Assembly (NCBI RefSeq): GCF_036321535.1 | Contig: NC_087437.1 | Coordinates: 28,956,001 to 29,020,000, forward strand | Reading direction: 5' to 3' | DNA length: 64,000 bases | From: Camelus dromedarius | Taxonomy: Eukaryota | Shown here: positions 24,938 through 38,769 of the stretch, one piece after another | Layout of the letters: every line of letters starts with the position of its first letter | Numbering within the stretch: the stretch's first letter is position 1 | Program-made: the position numbers and the translations under genes | The notes under the pieces: model-generated | What the model was told of the DNA's origin: nothing | Database searches by the model: none | The model's input: the letters and a program-made list of their open reading frames with translations, nothing else

Positions 24938-27900
24938 AAAAGGTGCTCTACCAGCTGATAAGACTACAGCAATCACATCAAGCTTCAGTTGTGATAAATA
25001 TGTCATCCTGGTAATTTTTCTTTTTTCCATCACCTATGGGAAATCTTGAAATATGTTTATGAGTTAAATTACAACAGAAGTTATTCGTGACAAAGCGTGA
25101 ATTTAGGTGATCCTTCAATTTGTCTCTTATCTCTTTGGGAAAAGAGTTCAATAGGACACAGATTTTACTCTGTGAATAACAAGCAGTGTTTAATTACAAC
25201 AGACAGAATGGGAGCAACGTTATTTACACTGCGGTTACCTGAATTCTCCAATGATAACTTTCACCTAATCACTGTCAGCACAGCAATGCAGACTTGGGAG
25301 AGCAATGAAGCTCCGGGTTCTTGCCATTTCAACTTTTTATTTACATATTTTGAAGATTTGCTTAAGTTTTTGAGGCCCCATTTTATCATGTGAGATGACC
25401 GTGCTCATTTCTTTGCAATAAATTCCTTAGAAAACTTAAGATAACTAATATAAAGATGTGATTCATATTTTAAAATATTCTCAAGCTTACTGCAGAACAA
25501 ATCTGGAATTCATTCTGTTGACATTTACATAAGGAAAGAGACAAAATTCAGTTCCACCTTCAGAGACGATACTTAACTTTATGGATTACAAAGCATGTAA
25601 TTCTAAAATAAACTTTTTCAGATTCATTCTAATTATTTGTCATTTTTATTTTATTAGGAAATGTCAAAGGGGTGATGTAAAATGATTCATGAATTTTCTC
25701 ACAGTGAAGACCTAATTTGGCAGGTGTTTTCCCGGGTACCAGGCAGGAATAAGAACAACAAATTGGAAAATATTTCCTGAGGGAGGTGGGAGTTACTGCA
25801 TCAGATCTTTTCTGTTAAAATCATGCTTTTTTATTGTTTGGACTTTATATTTTTTTAAAAATAAAACAAAATTTAAGAAAGGAAGATAGCATGCAAATTA
25901 TTTACATAATTGATTTAAATCAGTATGTTTTAAAATTAAGCAATGTTATCTGAAAAAATATGGCAGATTTGGGGTAGGAAAAAGGAGGGGTGAGATCTAA
26001 GTTTGATGTAAGTTCAGACCAAACATGTCTGGTACCCTTTGGTTCAAGGCCAACAGAAAGTAACCTGACTTGAGAGAGGAGTGACTATGTAAGTGCTGGG
26101 GCAGGTAGGACCATAGGCAGCCTTGGCAAAGATGCCCATGGCCCCAGGAATGGCACAGAAATGGCTGGGAATTGAGGTATACGAAGGTCTATGAAAGCTA
26201 ATTAACTGATGATGAAGTAGGGTAACCAAGGGTGGGGTGGGTAATAAGAAGACCGGGGCAGAGTAACCAAGGACCATGGATAACCAATGGCTGAATGACT
26301 CCCTGCACCCTACCCACCTAAGCATTGCAAATATCACATATTTGTGGATAAATGAGCATGAAGGACTCCTTGCAACATTAAAGTCACAGTTTGATTTTTG
26401 TTCCTTCCCCCATCCCCACCCTCCATGAGCAAGACAAAAGAGGCAATTGAAATTTTAAAAAATTAAGTGGAGCTTTAGAAAAGGAAGACTCTTATATCTC
26501 TTATATTCCTGAATTTGTAGAGTTAGAGTTATTCATACTTGATGATAATAACCATTGTGTTGATGTTGCTCAAGAGTCTAGGTTAACGTCATGGAAATTC
26601 CAGTGTTTCACTGAAGACCCTAAGCAATCTCCAAAGAGGTGTTATGTTACAGTGGGCAGTTGCCACTTCTATCCTTTAGAACATAAGTGGAGGAATCTAG
26701 ACTAAAAATTCAATGAGTATGATTTATGACACAGAAAGTCAGAAACTCCCTTCAACCCTGCAATGTCTGAATGCTGGGACCAGGACTTGACTTTATGCGA
26801 CCTGCACTCAAAACTATGACACTAATTCTCTGACTCTCCAGACTCTGGCCAGTAATCCTCATAAACATTCTGAGCCTTACACTTGCTTTTCTCAGCTGCA
26901 ATTCTGAGTTTTGCTTCCTCTGGTACTTTGAGGTCAGCAGCTGTAATTAATTTCTGTAGACCAGGGAGGTGAGGTTGTCACTCAACAATTCCTTTCTGAG
27001 TTCTCCTCCTTCTCCTTTAAGAAACAGTTTCCATTCTGAAGACTCTAAGAAGGCATTAACAAATTTCCCTCTCTGGAACTCCATCACAAAACTGTCTCAC
27101 ACTCCCCTCTCATAGTCATCTCACCTCCTCTTCCTACGACTCATGTGCATGCACAAAGACACACTTCTAATTACCACGGACTGTACAAGTGTCCTACAGT
27201 ATAGTTTTTCCTGAATGAAGTATCTGGTTTTTTTCCACCCACTGTCATCATATATGTCAAACTGTTAGTCCTGGACTTCTGTTTACTTGTGAACTCTTAC
27301 CAGTTTTGGGCTTTTAAAGTTACTCCATGGAGTCAGATCCTGGCAGATTTTCCAAATACCTCTCAATGAGCTCATTTTATCTTTCACTAGTCAATAACCC
27401 ACACAACCTCTTCACCTTAAGCACTCAGCATATAGAAACCAATGGTTAAGAACACTGGCCATCTAATAACAAAGAAGCTAATGCAGTTTTATTTCTCATT
27501 GACAAAAGAAAATATGTTGGCTAGAGACACAGAAATATTAACAATGAAATAGAGTCAAGATGGGGCTGAATGTGATTATGAAGTTGTGCAGGAGGATGGG
27601 GGCAGGATGCTGAAAAGAGAGAACTAAAACTTGGCCTTCAGTCCCTTCTCTGTAGCTACAGTCTCCCACTGGACATCGTCTATCATGTGACTTTATTCTA
27701 AATGGTTTTACTGGTAGAAACAAACATCCAGCAATTGCTCAGATCATCATTCCTTTTTATAAAATTACCTCCTTGATGCTTTTCTCTGAGTTTGGCCCAA
27801 ACAGATTGGCCAGAATAGTCCCACTGTGACTTATTTTGTCCAATAACTTCTCTCTCTTTGCATTTTCGGTGGTTTAATATCATTAGCCACTTTGTAAATA

Positions 27901-29379
27901 ATTTATTTAGTAGATAATAATGATATTTCAGAGAAGTGTTTGCTCTTTTCCAATATTTATAGGCTTCAGGGTAGTAGCAGCAAGTGCAAGGTTTTTATTA
28001 ATGAACCAGAGAATTTAAAATACCAAAACCAGCTGTATCATTAAAACTTCAGGATTCTTATTTCCTGGAGTATGATTTGATTCCATGTCATTTTCTGCCT
28101 CTGGGCAGGAGAAGGGTAATATATCTGCTCTGACGAGCAAGCAGTGGAACCAGTCGGGGGCAGAATGTGAGAGCAACACGAACGGTGGAGGTTTAGTGAT
28201 AATCTCGTCTGGTAAAGGACAGAGCAAAGACATTGGCAGGTGTCTACAATTAATTCCAAAGCTTTTGTACAAGCTAGAAATGAATTTAAATCTCTTGCTC
28301 AGAAGAGTCAACAGCAGCTTGACATCCATCAATAATTCATCATTTCTAAAATGCCTTACATCATATCCAGGGGAGCACCAGTTTGGAAATAAAGAAATAC
28401 AGATTCTCACCCTACCTCCAGTATCTACTTACTGCGACTTTAAGCTTTCTATGCTTCAGTTTCCTGATATTTGAAGAAGAGTTGCTTATTATTTTATAAG
28501 ACTAATGTTTATACTTTGAGTTAACTGGAGGGCAGTTAGTTATTTTAATATGTTTACAAGCAATTTGTACTTCACTCTGAATCTATTATTACTTACGAAA
28601 ATGAAAACATTGCTGGGCATTATTCTACACATGTATTTTTTTTTCTTATTTCACATGTGGGTCTAATATCTTTCCACCCAGCCAGGTTGTAAAAATTTAC
28701 AGATAACAAACATTTAAAATTACAAGATGGGTCAGTGAAGGTATGTTATTTGCAGAGACACAAAAATATGATATCCCTGGTAGAAGACAGACTCTGAGAT
28801 TGCTGAATAGTAGGTTTATTCACTGATAGAAGTTAATGAATTAGTACCACCTGACAAGTGCTGTTGAAAATCAAGGAACAAGATATAAATAGAACAGAAA
28901 ACATAACCTTTCTTTCAAAATAATATAATCCACATATTTTTGACAGAATTTCCTAACTCTATGATAAATTTGCTTTGTGCTAAAGAAAGGTACCTGGATG
29001 ATGTTTACTTGTGCTTCATAGCCGTAAGATCTCTGAATGGCTAATCAGTTCTGCTCAAGACCAGACAGAAGATTGGAACTTTAAGTTGTTCATCACAACG
29101 GTCTAGAGAAGTTTTTTGTATCCTAGTGAGATATATATGCATATTTATTTATTTCCTGGTCATTATACATGTATGTATGTGCAGACACATCTTACAATAT
29201 TTTATATTTAGTGGTAGGTATAACATGTTTGAAGATAAATTCAAGAAGCAAATTTAAATACATTTTCATGATCCTTACTATATAATCAATAAGCTCCTCC
29301 CTTTTTAAATTAATGTTGCTATGATGTTTTACCATGAGTGAACACAACTTGTTGATATATATATTAAAAAGGATTGGAT

Positions 29380-29840
29380 TCTACCATCTATGGCAGAAAA
29401 TAAAACATAATAGTAACCAAAACAAGATACAAGTTAATTTTTATCTCACATAAAGTAAGTCTGGAGGGTACAGGTTTTATGGAAACTTTCAAAACTTCAG
29501 AAACCCAGGCACTCTATAGTTCCCTGAACTCCCTTCTCTTTGGTGTGATCCTCATCTTCATGTTCCAATATGCCTGCTACAGTTCCAGCCATCTATATCT
29601 TCATTCCAGGCAGCAAGATGAAGGAAAGAGAGAAGGATATAGCCATTCTCTTGCAAGAGATTACCTAGAAGTCCAAATTAACTTTTCTGCAACCATCCCA
29701 TTGATTAGAATCTAGTCCCATAATCACATCTAGCTGCAAGTGAAGTGGGTACCAATGTACCAAGGTAAAATAAGGATTCTGTTACTAAACAGAAAGGGAG
29801 AGAATTGATATTGGGATGTCACAAGCAATCACAGCTACCA
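29380..29840 (-). mobile_element. old MaLR LTR (MLT1I/J/K-like)
   Basis: gttccagccatc...cattccaggcagcaag...ccattgattagaatctagtc...ggattctgttactaa. Confidence 0.6.
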
Positions 29841-30206
29841 AGCTACTGGGCATGTTTCCAAATGACGCCATGTTTAAAAAAGAAAAAAGAATATATATAT
29901 ATCCAGTAATTAACTGATTCTAATGTTGAGCATTTAAAGAAGAGACGTACATACAAATCTCTTAGCTCCAAACTACAAGAGACAGTATGATGAGTGTCCT
30001 AAGTCTTAAAATATTTGATGTATAACGAGCTGCCTTTATACTTTAACATACATACATCCTTGAAGCATGAGTGGCTATAACCCTGGTTGCAAATATTGAA
30101 AGGTTGGAGGAGAGGAAAGTAATATACAACAGAGACTTGAAATAATAAAGAATAAAAATACATTATTCAGTGTTTCCCACTTATACCCTAAAAGCTATAT
30201 AACAGA

Positions 30207-30376
30207 GCAGGGATTAACAAACTTTGTAAAGAGCTAGATAGTAAATATTTCAGGGATTGCAAGCCTGTAAGTTCACGGTGGCAGAATGTTTGTTTACTTT
30301 GTTTGCAATCCTTTAAAAAATGTAAGACAGTTTCAGACCAGATATGACCCCTTGACTCTAGTCTGCCAATTCCTGC
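30207..30376. mobile_element. MER58-like hAT MITE
   Basis: cagggattaacaaactt...tagtaaatatttcagg...tagtctgccaattcctg with degenerate terminal inverted repeats. Confidence 0.6.
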
Positions 30377-33300
30377 ATAGTAAAGTAATTATTCTTAAAT
30401 TTAAAACAATTGCAAAAATCAAACTTCTTGGTTTAGGTGAATAGGTTGACTAGAAGGTTAATGCTCACCACCTAACCAGTGGTAAAGCTGAATTATGAAC
30501 CATAAAATTGATATCAAGAGTGGCAAGAGACCACTTGCTTCTGCATTATCGGGTCCCAACACTGGAACCTTTAACTTACGTTCTAGTGCAAACACGGCAG
30601 CCATCTTCTGAACTGTTTTTCTTTTATGGCTCTACTCTTTCACATAAACAGTGTTCTCCTGTTATGCATAAAGTGAGATGCAGACTTGGAAAATTAAACT
30701 ACTTAATCAAGTTGAGAGAGATTTTAAGCAAATAGGGGACATAATAGAGAATTAAAGAGAAGTAATTATATGGCTTTCATTATTCTTCCTACTCGGAACC
30801 TACCTTCTTAGAGTAGTATATGATTTTCTTAGTAAATATGAATGTTTGTGAAAGGTGTATTTGCCTTCCTAAAGGTGGTACTGTCCTGGAGTCTCTCAAT
30901 GTATGACTATGTGTATTTCCATATCTCTCTTCAATGAGTGATCCATTCTAGCAAGAAGCTGCTATGGGACCATCTGATTTACATACTTAATGCTTTAAAC
31001 TGTCTAGATGAAGATAATGCAGCCACAGTATCTTCTCTCTTCCTTTATTTAATTTACTGAGAAATCAATAACCTAGTGGTGTTCACATTTTCAGGCTTCT
31101 TAAGCTTCAAAAGGACTTCATTTACTTTCGGATTAGGTGTTGACTAAACTATATGCTCTCTGAAGCCTCAAAATTTTGATCTTTCAGTGAAAGTATATTT
31201 CTTGGTGGCAAGTGAAAAGCTTTTACTTAGAGCATGACTGTGACAAAAATCAAGTGGAGTATGGGCTTTCATCAGTTTCCAAATATAACTGTTTGATTGT
31301 AAAGCAAAGTTATTTTAATTACTGCTAAATTCACTGTGGCTGGAATCACCACAGAGCTCCCACTGTTAGAAAATTACATATGCATTTCATCAAAAACTCC
31401 TAACTATGGACATTATTTTCATTGCTTTTGAACTGTAACAATTCTGGTGCATGGTAATTAGCAGTGAATGTAAAAACCCAATTATAAAGGAATTATACTT
31501 CTTATGGTCACTCTATCATCACAACTGTGCATCCTGCTCTCTGGCTTTTAGACTTCAAGCCAACCACATCAAGCAAGACTAAAGCAATAACAAAATCAGA
31601 ACCATAAGGCCACTGAATGCATTTTTTCTTCTTTATCCTAATTTGTCTTTAATTCAAATGAGAAAACCTAAAGAGCTAATTAATTAGTCCCGGAGGTAAA
31701 TGCCAAGATCTTTAAAGTGGATGGTTCATGGGCGTTTTTCCCCTCTGGAAGCCAATGGCTTAGCTTCAGAAAATAGGTAGCAGGCATACCAGGCATAAAT
31801 CCGACCACTTATAAAGGACAAAGCAGCTGGAAGCTTATTGATATTCTCCTCTTTTTATTTTCTTCAAGCTGTAAGCTCGACAGCCAGTTTTTCTGAGAAT
31901 TGATTGCTTGTACAAAAGATGAACTTGAAATGTATTCAGCTGTTGATGGAGGAGGAAAACAGTAATAAAATATGAAAGGCTGTACTTAAGTGCTGATATT
32001 GAATGAAACCATAGCAATGAGTTTCAGTCTGATTATTAAATTACACGTGTTGATTTTATGCCTGCATAAAGTACTTGTTTGTTTTAGATTGCTACTTCCT
32101 TTCAAAAGGGCTGCCTTGGGAGGAGTGACCTCTTGGATAAATGTCCTAAGAGTGAAAGCCATTCATATGACATAGTCAGGATAACTCATGTGGGCAAAGC
32201 CAGGTCTTTGTATTAGATGGGCAGGTCTTGATTCTGTTATATCTGCTAATGTCCCATACAGCAAATATAGACATAAATACTTGTATTATCCTGCCTGTCC
32301 ATACAGTTCCTTAAACCAGAAAGTCAGAAAGCATTCTAGCAAATATGCCATCTAACCAAGGCACTGTGAGACTTCAAATGGAACTGAGGTATGTTTTTCT
32401 TATGATAACCCAGATTTTGCCTGATTCCTGTATCTACCTCTTCTTCTTGCCAATATCTCCTAATTACAGATCTAATCATCCCAGATCCATTCCATATTCT
32501 TTTTCTGGCATGCAAAGCCTTCTTCAGTTTGACCATTGTCTTCTAGAGGGAATGTGTGTACTGGGAGAAACACTGAACAGAAAAGTTCGTGGTTTCAATC
32601 CCAGCACAGTGTCTGATAATGCTGAGACGTTAACGGAATCTATTCATTTCTCTTCCCCTTAGTTTCTTCATTTGCAAAATGATCTTAATGAGCATTATGA
32701 TTGTTCAAAGTTCAAAATTTTGCTTCTGCTTATCAGGATGTCTCCCATGCTATAGACTATCACCTCAAGACCACCTCTTTGAGCATATTACACATTCACA
32801 AGACCCCCAACAGACTCCAAACCCAAGGATTAGTGGAGCTCTTTCCCCTTTTAAGTCTGCTTTGCAAAATCTACCCTTCCACACCCCCATTTCCCAACAC
32901 TAGCCTTCTATGATTCCCTAGGTAGGATTAATTTCTCCTTCACCCATATCTACCTTTCACCCAACTTATTTTTGGATTATGGTTCATGGGCTTTAGTAAA
33001 TTACGAGGTCAAGAAGAAAGGACACTACATTTATATATTTGTGATCCTAAGCCACTCGTACAATGTTTTACAATTAATTTAATCTCAGGTGAAGTTAGTT
33101 GACTAAATTTGACTCTAATGTTATGAATTAGTCAAAAAATTTGTATTACATTTTAAAACCTACTGTTTTCAGTAAGATTTTTCTTTGTTTTGGCTTCCTA
33201 ATGAAACCTAGTAAGAAAAAATTTAGTTGGAACCACTTGCACTAAAATCAAATATAGTCATTTTATTACTACTTAGGTCTGAAATAAATAATGCTATTCT

Positions 33301-33921
33301 GTCTCTATTCACTTCCAGCCACATGTGATTGTTCTCTTATGGGTACTCTATATTTGAATACTTCAAAGCTCAGTGTGCCCATCTTGAGCGTTACAACTAC
33401 TGAGATATGAGCTATAGGGGAGGAGGGAGGATAAATATTTGTCCATTATTACCTTTGCATCTGTAGTCTTTCAATTCTAACCAATTATCTATCTGTTTCA
33501 CTCCAATTGGTAAAGAGGATTAACCAATCAAATTGGCACAGTTCCACTGCATTTTCTGTCCTGCCATTCGTGTCCTTGCTGAAGTACATGAGTGCACACC
33601 CACAGGCACATTCACACCCACACCATTACCTACACACACTTGTATGTGTAGCACACAGAGACCAAACATGTTTCTCCATACTTTAAGACATACTGGGAAA
33701 GCAGAGGAAGAATGAACACGTGAACCTGCAAATTTATGCCGTTGGCAAAATGTAACATAATTTCCTGTTCTAGCACTGAGTTCTTAAGTTTGGATGTTAA
33801 CCAGGGTCATGGCAATGGTGCGCCCCAGAATCTCTGTGCTCTGATAACCATCTGACCTGGAACACCACGCATCTCCCCACTACAACCCCATACATCCACA
33901 GCAGGTCCAGGGAAAACCCCT

Positions 33922-34265
33922 GCTGTAGACTGAATGTGTCATTCCAAAACTCATATTTAGAAATCCTACCCCGCAAAGTGGTGGTAATAGGAGGTGAGGC
34001 CTTTGAGACCTTAGGTCATGAGGGCAGAGCCCTTGTGCGAGGAACAAATACCCTCATTTGAAAGAAACCCCACAGAGCTGCCTCATCCCTTCTGCCATGT
34101 GAGTTTACAGCAAAAAGACAGCTGCCTATAAAGCAGTCCTCACCAGACCCTGATCTGCCAGCACCTTGATCTTGGATTTCCCAGCCTCCAGAAATAAATA
34201 TTTACAGTTTATAAGCCTGCCAGTGTATTGTATTTTTGTTATAGCAGCCTGAACAGACCAAGAAC
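33922..34265 (+). mobile_element. MLT1A-like solo LTR
   Basis: tgtagactgaatgtgtc...gccagcaccttgatcttggatttcccagcctccagaa...gttatagcagcctgaacagac. Confidence 0.85.
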
Positions 34266-34837
34266 AACCCAGTTAACTCAATGATGAATGAATTTAAAAG
34301 AAACTAAAAAGCAAACAAACAAAAAACTGTCACAAAGATACTCCAAGATAGAGGATGAAAATGGCAGCAAAATTTGGCAACAAAGAAAGCATTTAACAAA
34401 AAATATCAACAAAGCAGATGAAAATTATGATCATATATTTCACCGTGAATTGTATTGTAAACTTAATGCATTAATTCCTTAATGAAAGAAGGCCTAAGCA
34501 AAAAACAAAAGAACTCAGAAAAGAAATGACAAAACTACAAGAGGAGAAGAAATATAATCTGACAGATTTAAGAAAAGAAGCAGAAGAAAAATTTGTAGCA
34601 GAAATGAAGGCAAAATTAGAAGGAAAGAAAAGTGCTAAAAAATATACAGAAAACCAAGCAAGGGACAAAAAGGGTAGAAATCAAAATAATGAGCAGAACA
34701 AAGTGGAAAATGAGCAGGATAAAATGGAAACAAAGAGCTAAAAGGAATTAGAAAGAAAATAACATAGAAGACAGCAAGAGATCCAACATATGCATAACTG
34801 TATTTCCCAAAGTAGAAGAACAAAATAAAACAGAGCC

Positions 34838-34991
34838 GGGGGGATGGGGGGAGAAGGTATAGCTCAAGTGGTTGAGTGTGTGCCTAGCATACATAAGGTC
34901 CTGGGTTCAATCCCCAGTACCTCCTCTAAAAAAATTAAATAAATAAATAAACCTAATTACATCCTCCCAAAAGAAATTAAAATAAAAAAAT
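34838..34991 (+). mobile_element. tRNA-derived SINE (Vic-1-like)
   Basis: tagctcaagtgg...gggttcaatcccc; perfect TSD aaataaaacagagcc at 34823-34837 and 34992-35006. Confidence 0.92.
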
Positions 34992-35089
34992 AAATAAAAC
35001 AGAGCCAATATAAAAGATATCCCTCAACCACATTCCCTGATGTTAAGACTGTAAGAGTACAGTATGTGCCAGAGAATACTGAATCAAAA

Positions 35090-35662
35090 TAGCTGAAGGG
35101 TAGAGAAAAATCCTTTTCCCTCTACCCTTCTAATTTCTAGACTGGGGACATTGTAACAAAACACAATTAACAAGAGAAAAACAAACAGAAGTTTATATAA
35201 ATGTGTGTATATAGATTTATATATATATACATGATATAAGTGGCATATATACATATATATATATGATAGAAGTGGCTTAAAATTTGGACTTAAATACCAT
35301 CTCAGCAAAAACAAAGAAAAAAAGGTGTGGGGGAGGCCAGTTATGGGACAATGACCAGGAAAAGTATGGTAAACCAGAATAAGGCTTACTATGCAGATTT
35401 AAGTCCTTGCCTTCTCCATTAATGAGTCTCTTTTGATTTAAAATCATCCTTCTCTTCCTGGTACAGAGAAAGAGAGAGAGAGAGAGACTCTTATAAATGA
35501 AGAACATAAATTTATAAATGCACATTTCCCTTACAAAAGGGTAACCTACTCTGTTTTCAGAGCTTCTTTTGTGGCTGCTCTTTTTTCAAAATATTCCTAT
35601 GCCAAAGAGGCATATTCTTTCTAGAGGTGTATTTTGGAGTGGCGTATTCTTATCTCCTATAC
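35090..35662 (-). mobile_element. ERV1-class LTR (MER34-like)
   Basis: End cctatgccaaagaggcatatt...ttttggagtggcgtattc is the reverse complement of an MER34-type LTR start. Confidence 0.6.
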
Positions 35663-37682
35663 GGTCAACACTGAAACATATCCTACCCAGTAAAGTTATT
35701 AAGCTTCGATTTTTAAAATTTGGTTAGTCAACTTTGGTAACATTCTACGTATTTATTTGGGTGGTGGTTATTCAAATATGCTCATTTTGAAATAATTCAT
35801 CAAATGGTAACATGACTAATGCACTTTTCTATATATATATACACATATATACTTAAATTAAAATAATTAAAAATAAATATGAACCAAATTACATAGCATC
35901 TATACATACAGCAAAAATCATAGTAGATGCAAAGAGAAATAAAAATATATATTACTATGAGACTTCAATTTTACTTTCTCAGTACATGACAATTCAAATG
36001 GACAAATATGAGTACACAGATGAGCTAAATAACATAATTAATAAAGTATATGTATTATATTTGAACTCTGCCAAAAATAGATAAAATATCTTCCTTTGTA
36101 ATGCTCATGAAACATCCAGGAAAACTGGTTACATACTGGCTTTCAAAAATCTATAAATTTCAGAAAGTAATGCAGGATATAGGCAATACTTTCTGATTTC
36201 ACTGCAATAAAAATTTTAAGAAACAGTAACACTAAAATACCTCTTTTTAACAACTACATAAAAAAGAAATAAAAACCAAAACTAAAGGTGATCTAAAAAC
36301 ATCTATAATGAAAACACTGCATATCTAAACTGACGATAAACTAAAGCAGAGTTCAAAAGAAAATTACAGGAGCACATTACATACATAAAAACAAATTATA
36401 ATAAAGATGTATGTACACATATATCTACCAATAAATAAAAAGAATAGAACAAATTTAGCACACAATTCAAGGATTTAGAAAAACAATAACAAAGCAAAAG
36501 AGAGAAGGAAAATTTTTCAAAAGATAAATAGAATGATAAAATTAATAAGTAAAGTGCAAAACTGTTTCTCTGAAGAAAAAATACTAACAAGATAGATAAA
36601 TTATTAACCAACCTAATGTAGAAAAAATGAAAAAAAAAATGTTGCCCATAAATAATCACTTAAAGAGAGGAAATTAAAAATCCACAAGAAAGTTGTTTAG
36701 TCAAATCCATGGAAATAAACTTCACAAAATTGGGTTAAGTACATAATTTTCTTTAAAAAAATTACTAAAACTAATTCCCAAATATATAGAAGATCTAAAC
36801 AAATTCCCATAGAAGAAACAAAGAATGTTAACAATAACTAACTCTCCCCCCAAAAACACAAGACACAAATAGTTTCACCAAAATTCTAAGTAACAGATTA
36901 AGTCCATGCTGTTGCATAGAAAAAGAAGGGGCTATTTCAATATTTCCAATTATTTTTGAGAAAGCAAAATTGAAATCAAAACTAGAAAAGTTTGAAAGAA
37001 GAAAAGTAGGAAGAAGGAGAAAAAGAAGGAAAGGGAGGAAGAAAGGAAAAAACCACAAATGTAGCTCATTAATGAATAATAATAAAAAATCCTAAATAAA
37101 ATTTTACCAACTGGAATCCACCAGCTCAGTAAAGGAAAATATATTTGTGTCCAAAAGAAGGTTATTACAGAAATGCAAGACTGTTTTAATATTAAGAAAT
37201 ATATTAATATAATTCTCCATATTATTACATCAAAGGACAAAAATCACATGTCTCCACAGTTATTGAAAAGACATTTTTATAAAAGTTCATATCCATTCCT
37301 GATGAAAATGGATAGTGGAATATGAATATAATAATATAAATAGATATGGATAAATATCAGAAGATAAAATAAGTCTATCTCCACTGAAAACTATTAACCA
37401 CTCTTAAAGGAGAAGCACACCAGTGGTTCCCATTCAAGTCAAGAACATCCTCAATCACTACTATTTGCATGATTGTCCTGAAAGCACTGCAAAATGCAAT
37501 CAGAGAAAGGAAAGAAGTTAGAGGTATAAACGCTGGAGAGAGAACCAGCACTATTTATTAATGATATGACTGACTTCTTAGAAATATCCAGAGAATTGAT
37601 TGGAAAATTCCCATAAACATAAGAGAATTCCATAAGGAAGCAGAGCACATTAATAAAATATAAAAATCAATAGCTTTTTATA

Positions 37683-38058
37683 TGTTGCTAAGAAAAAAAG
37701 AGACAACAGGCTCAAAGTAGAGTGACTCGTGATAAGCCCACATCACCAAACTGAAACTTAATACCTAAGCCAAATGCAGTTTCAATCTTCCCCAGGAATT
37801 TAACCAGTCAATCTGGAATTTCCTGGTCAGCCATAGTGAGGTAAACTGCCTGGGAGACGTCTTCCACCTCCCAGAGAAAGATGAGATAATGCACTTTTTC
37901 TTTTCCCTGCTGCCTTCCATCTAAAGAAAGCTTTCCTTTTCTGCAACTCTTTGGAGTTCCTTTCTACTTGCTAGACGAGATGCTGCTGGATTCTTGAATC
38001 ACTGAATAAAGTCAATTAGATCTTCAAATTTACTCAGTTGAATTTTGTATTTTTAACA
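37683..38058 (+). mobile_element. ERV-class solo LTR
   Basis: TG...CA termini (tgttgctaag...ttttaaca), internal gaataaagtcaattagatc poly(A) signal; interrupts L1 ORF2 remnant. Confidence 0.7.
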
Positions 38059-38769
38059 ACATAAACAACTGTCACTTAGAAGATATAATAGAAAAAAAAA
38101 GATCCCACTTAAATAAAAACAAAAATAACAAAATGCTTAGGAGTAAAGTTGGTAAGAAATGTGTAAGTGACATAAGAAGGAAATTTTTAAATACTAATGA
38201 AGGATATATACAAAAATGCCTCAAACAAATGGAAAGGTATACCCATTCTTGGATAAGAAGAATCAGTATCATAAATGTCAATTCTCTGTAAGCTAATTTG
38301 CAAAATCCCAATAAAACATCAGTATTATTTAATTATTTGAGGTGATGCTTGTAAAAGTCCATATGGAAAAATAAACATTTATTTCATTTATTTAATATTT
38401 ATTTAAACTAATTCTTTATAAATACTTGAATATCTGTAAAATTACATACATGCAGCATTGTCTGTAAAATCAAAAGAATATAACCAAGTGTCCATAAATA
38501 GGTGATTAGTTGAATGAATTAAGTGCATCCATACAATGAATTTCTAGGCAGCTGTAAAAAAATTTTTTTTAAATTCTGAGCCCTAAGAATTTCTCTGAAA
38601 AAAAGAAAAGCAGCGCAGGAGAAAGAGCTTTTCCATGTTAAACAATTAAAATATTTTACACTGCCTCAATAAATAGTATGGCAATCATACTTAAATAAAC
38701 AGAAAAACAAATGAAACAAACAGAATGTCCAAAAACAGACCTGCAGAAGAAGAATTAGGTATTTGATTC

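Larger units (their letters stand above)
34270..38760 (+). mobile_element. highly decayed old L1 (ORF1 and ORF2 remnants) with nested insertions
   Basis: A-rich strand, K/E-rich ORF1-like frame 34526-34741, RT-region remnants (aaatgcaagactgttttaatattaag, aaatggaaaggtatacccattcttggata). Confidence 0.65.

Noticed and set aside
34526..34741. K/E-rich coiled-coil protein exon
   Set aside because: Lies in decayed L1 ORF1 sequence with A-rich strand bias.
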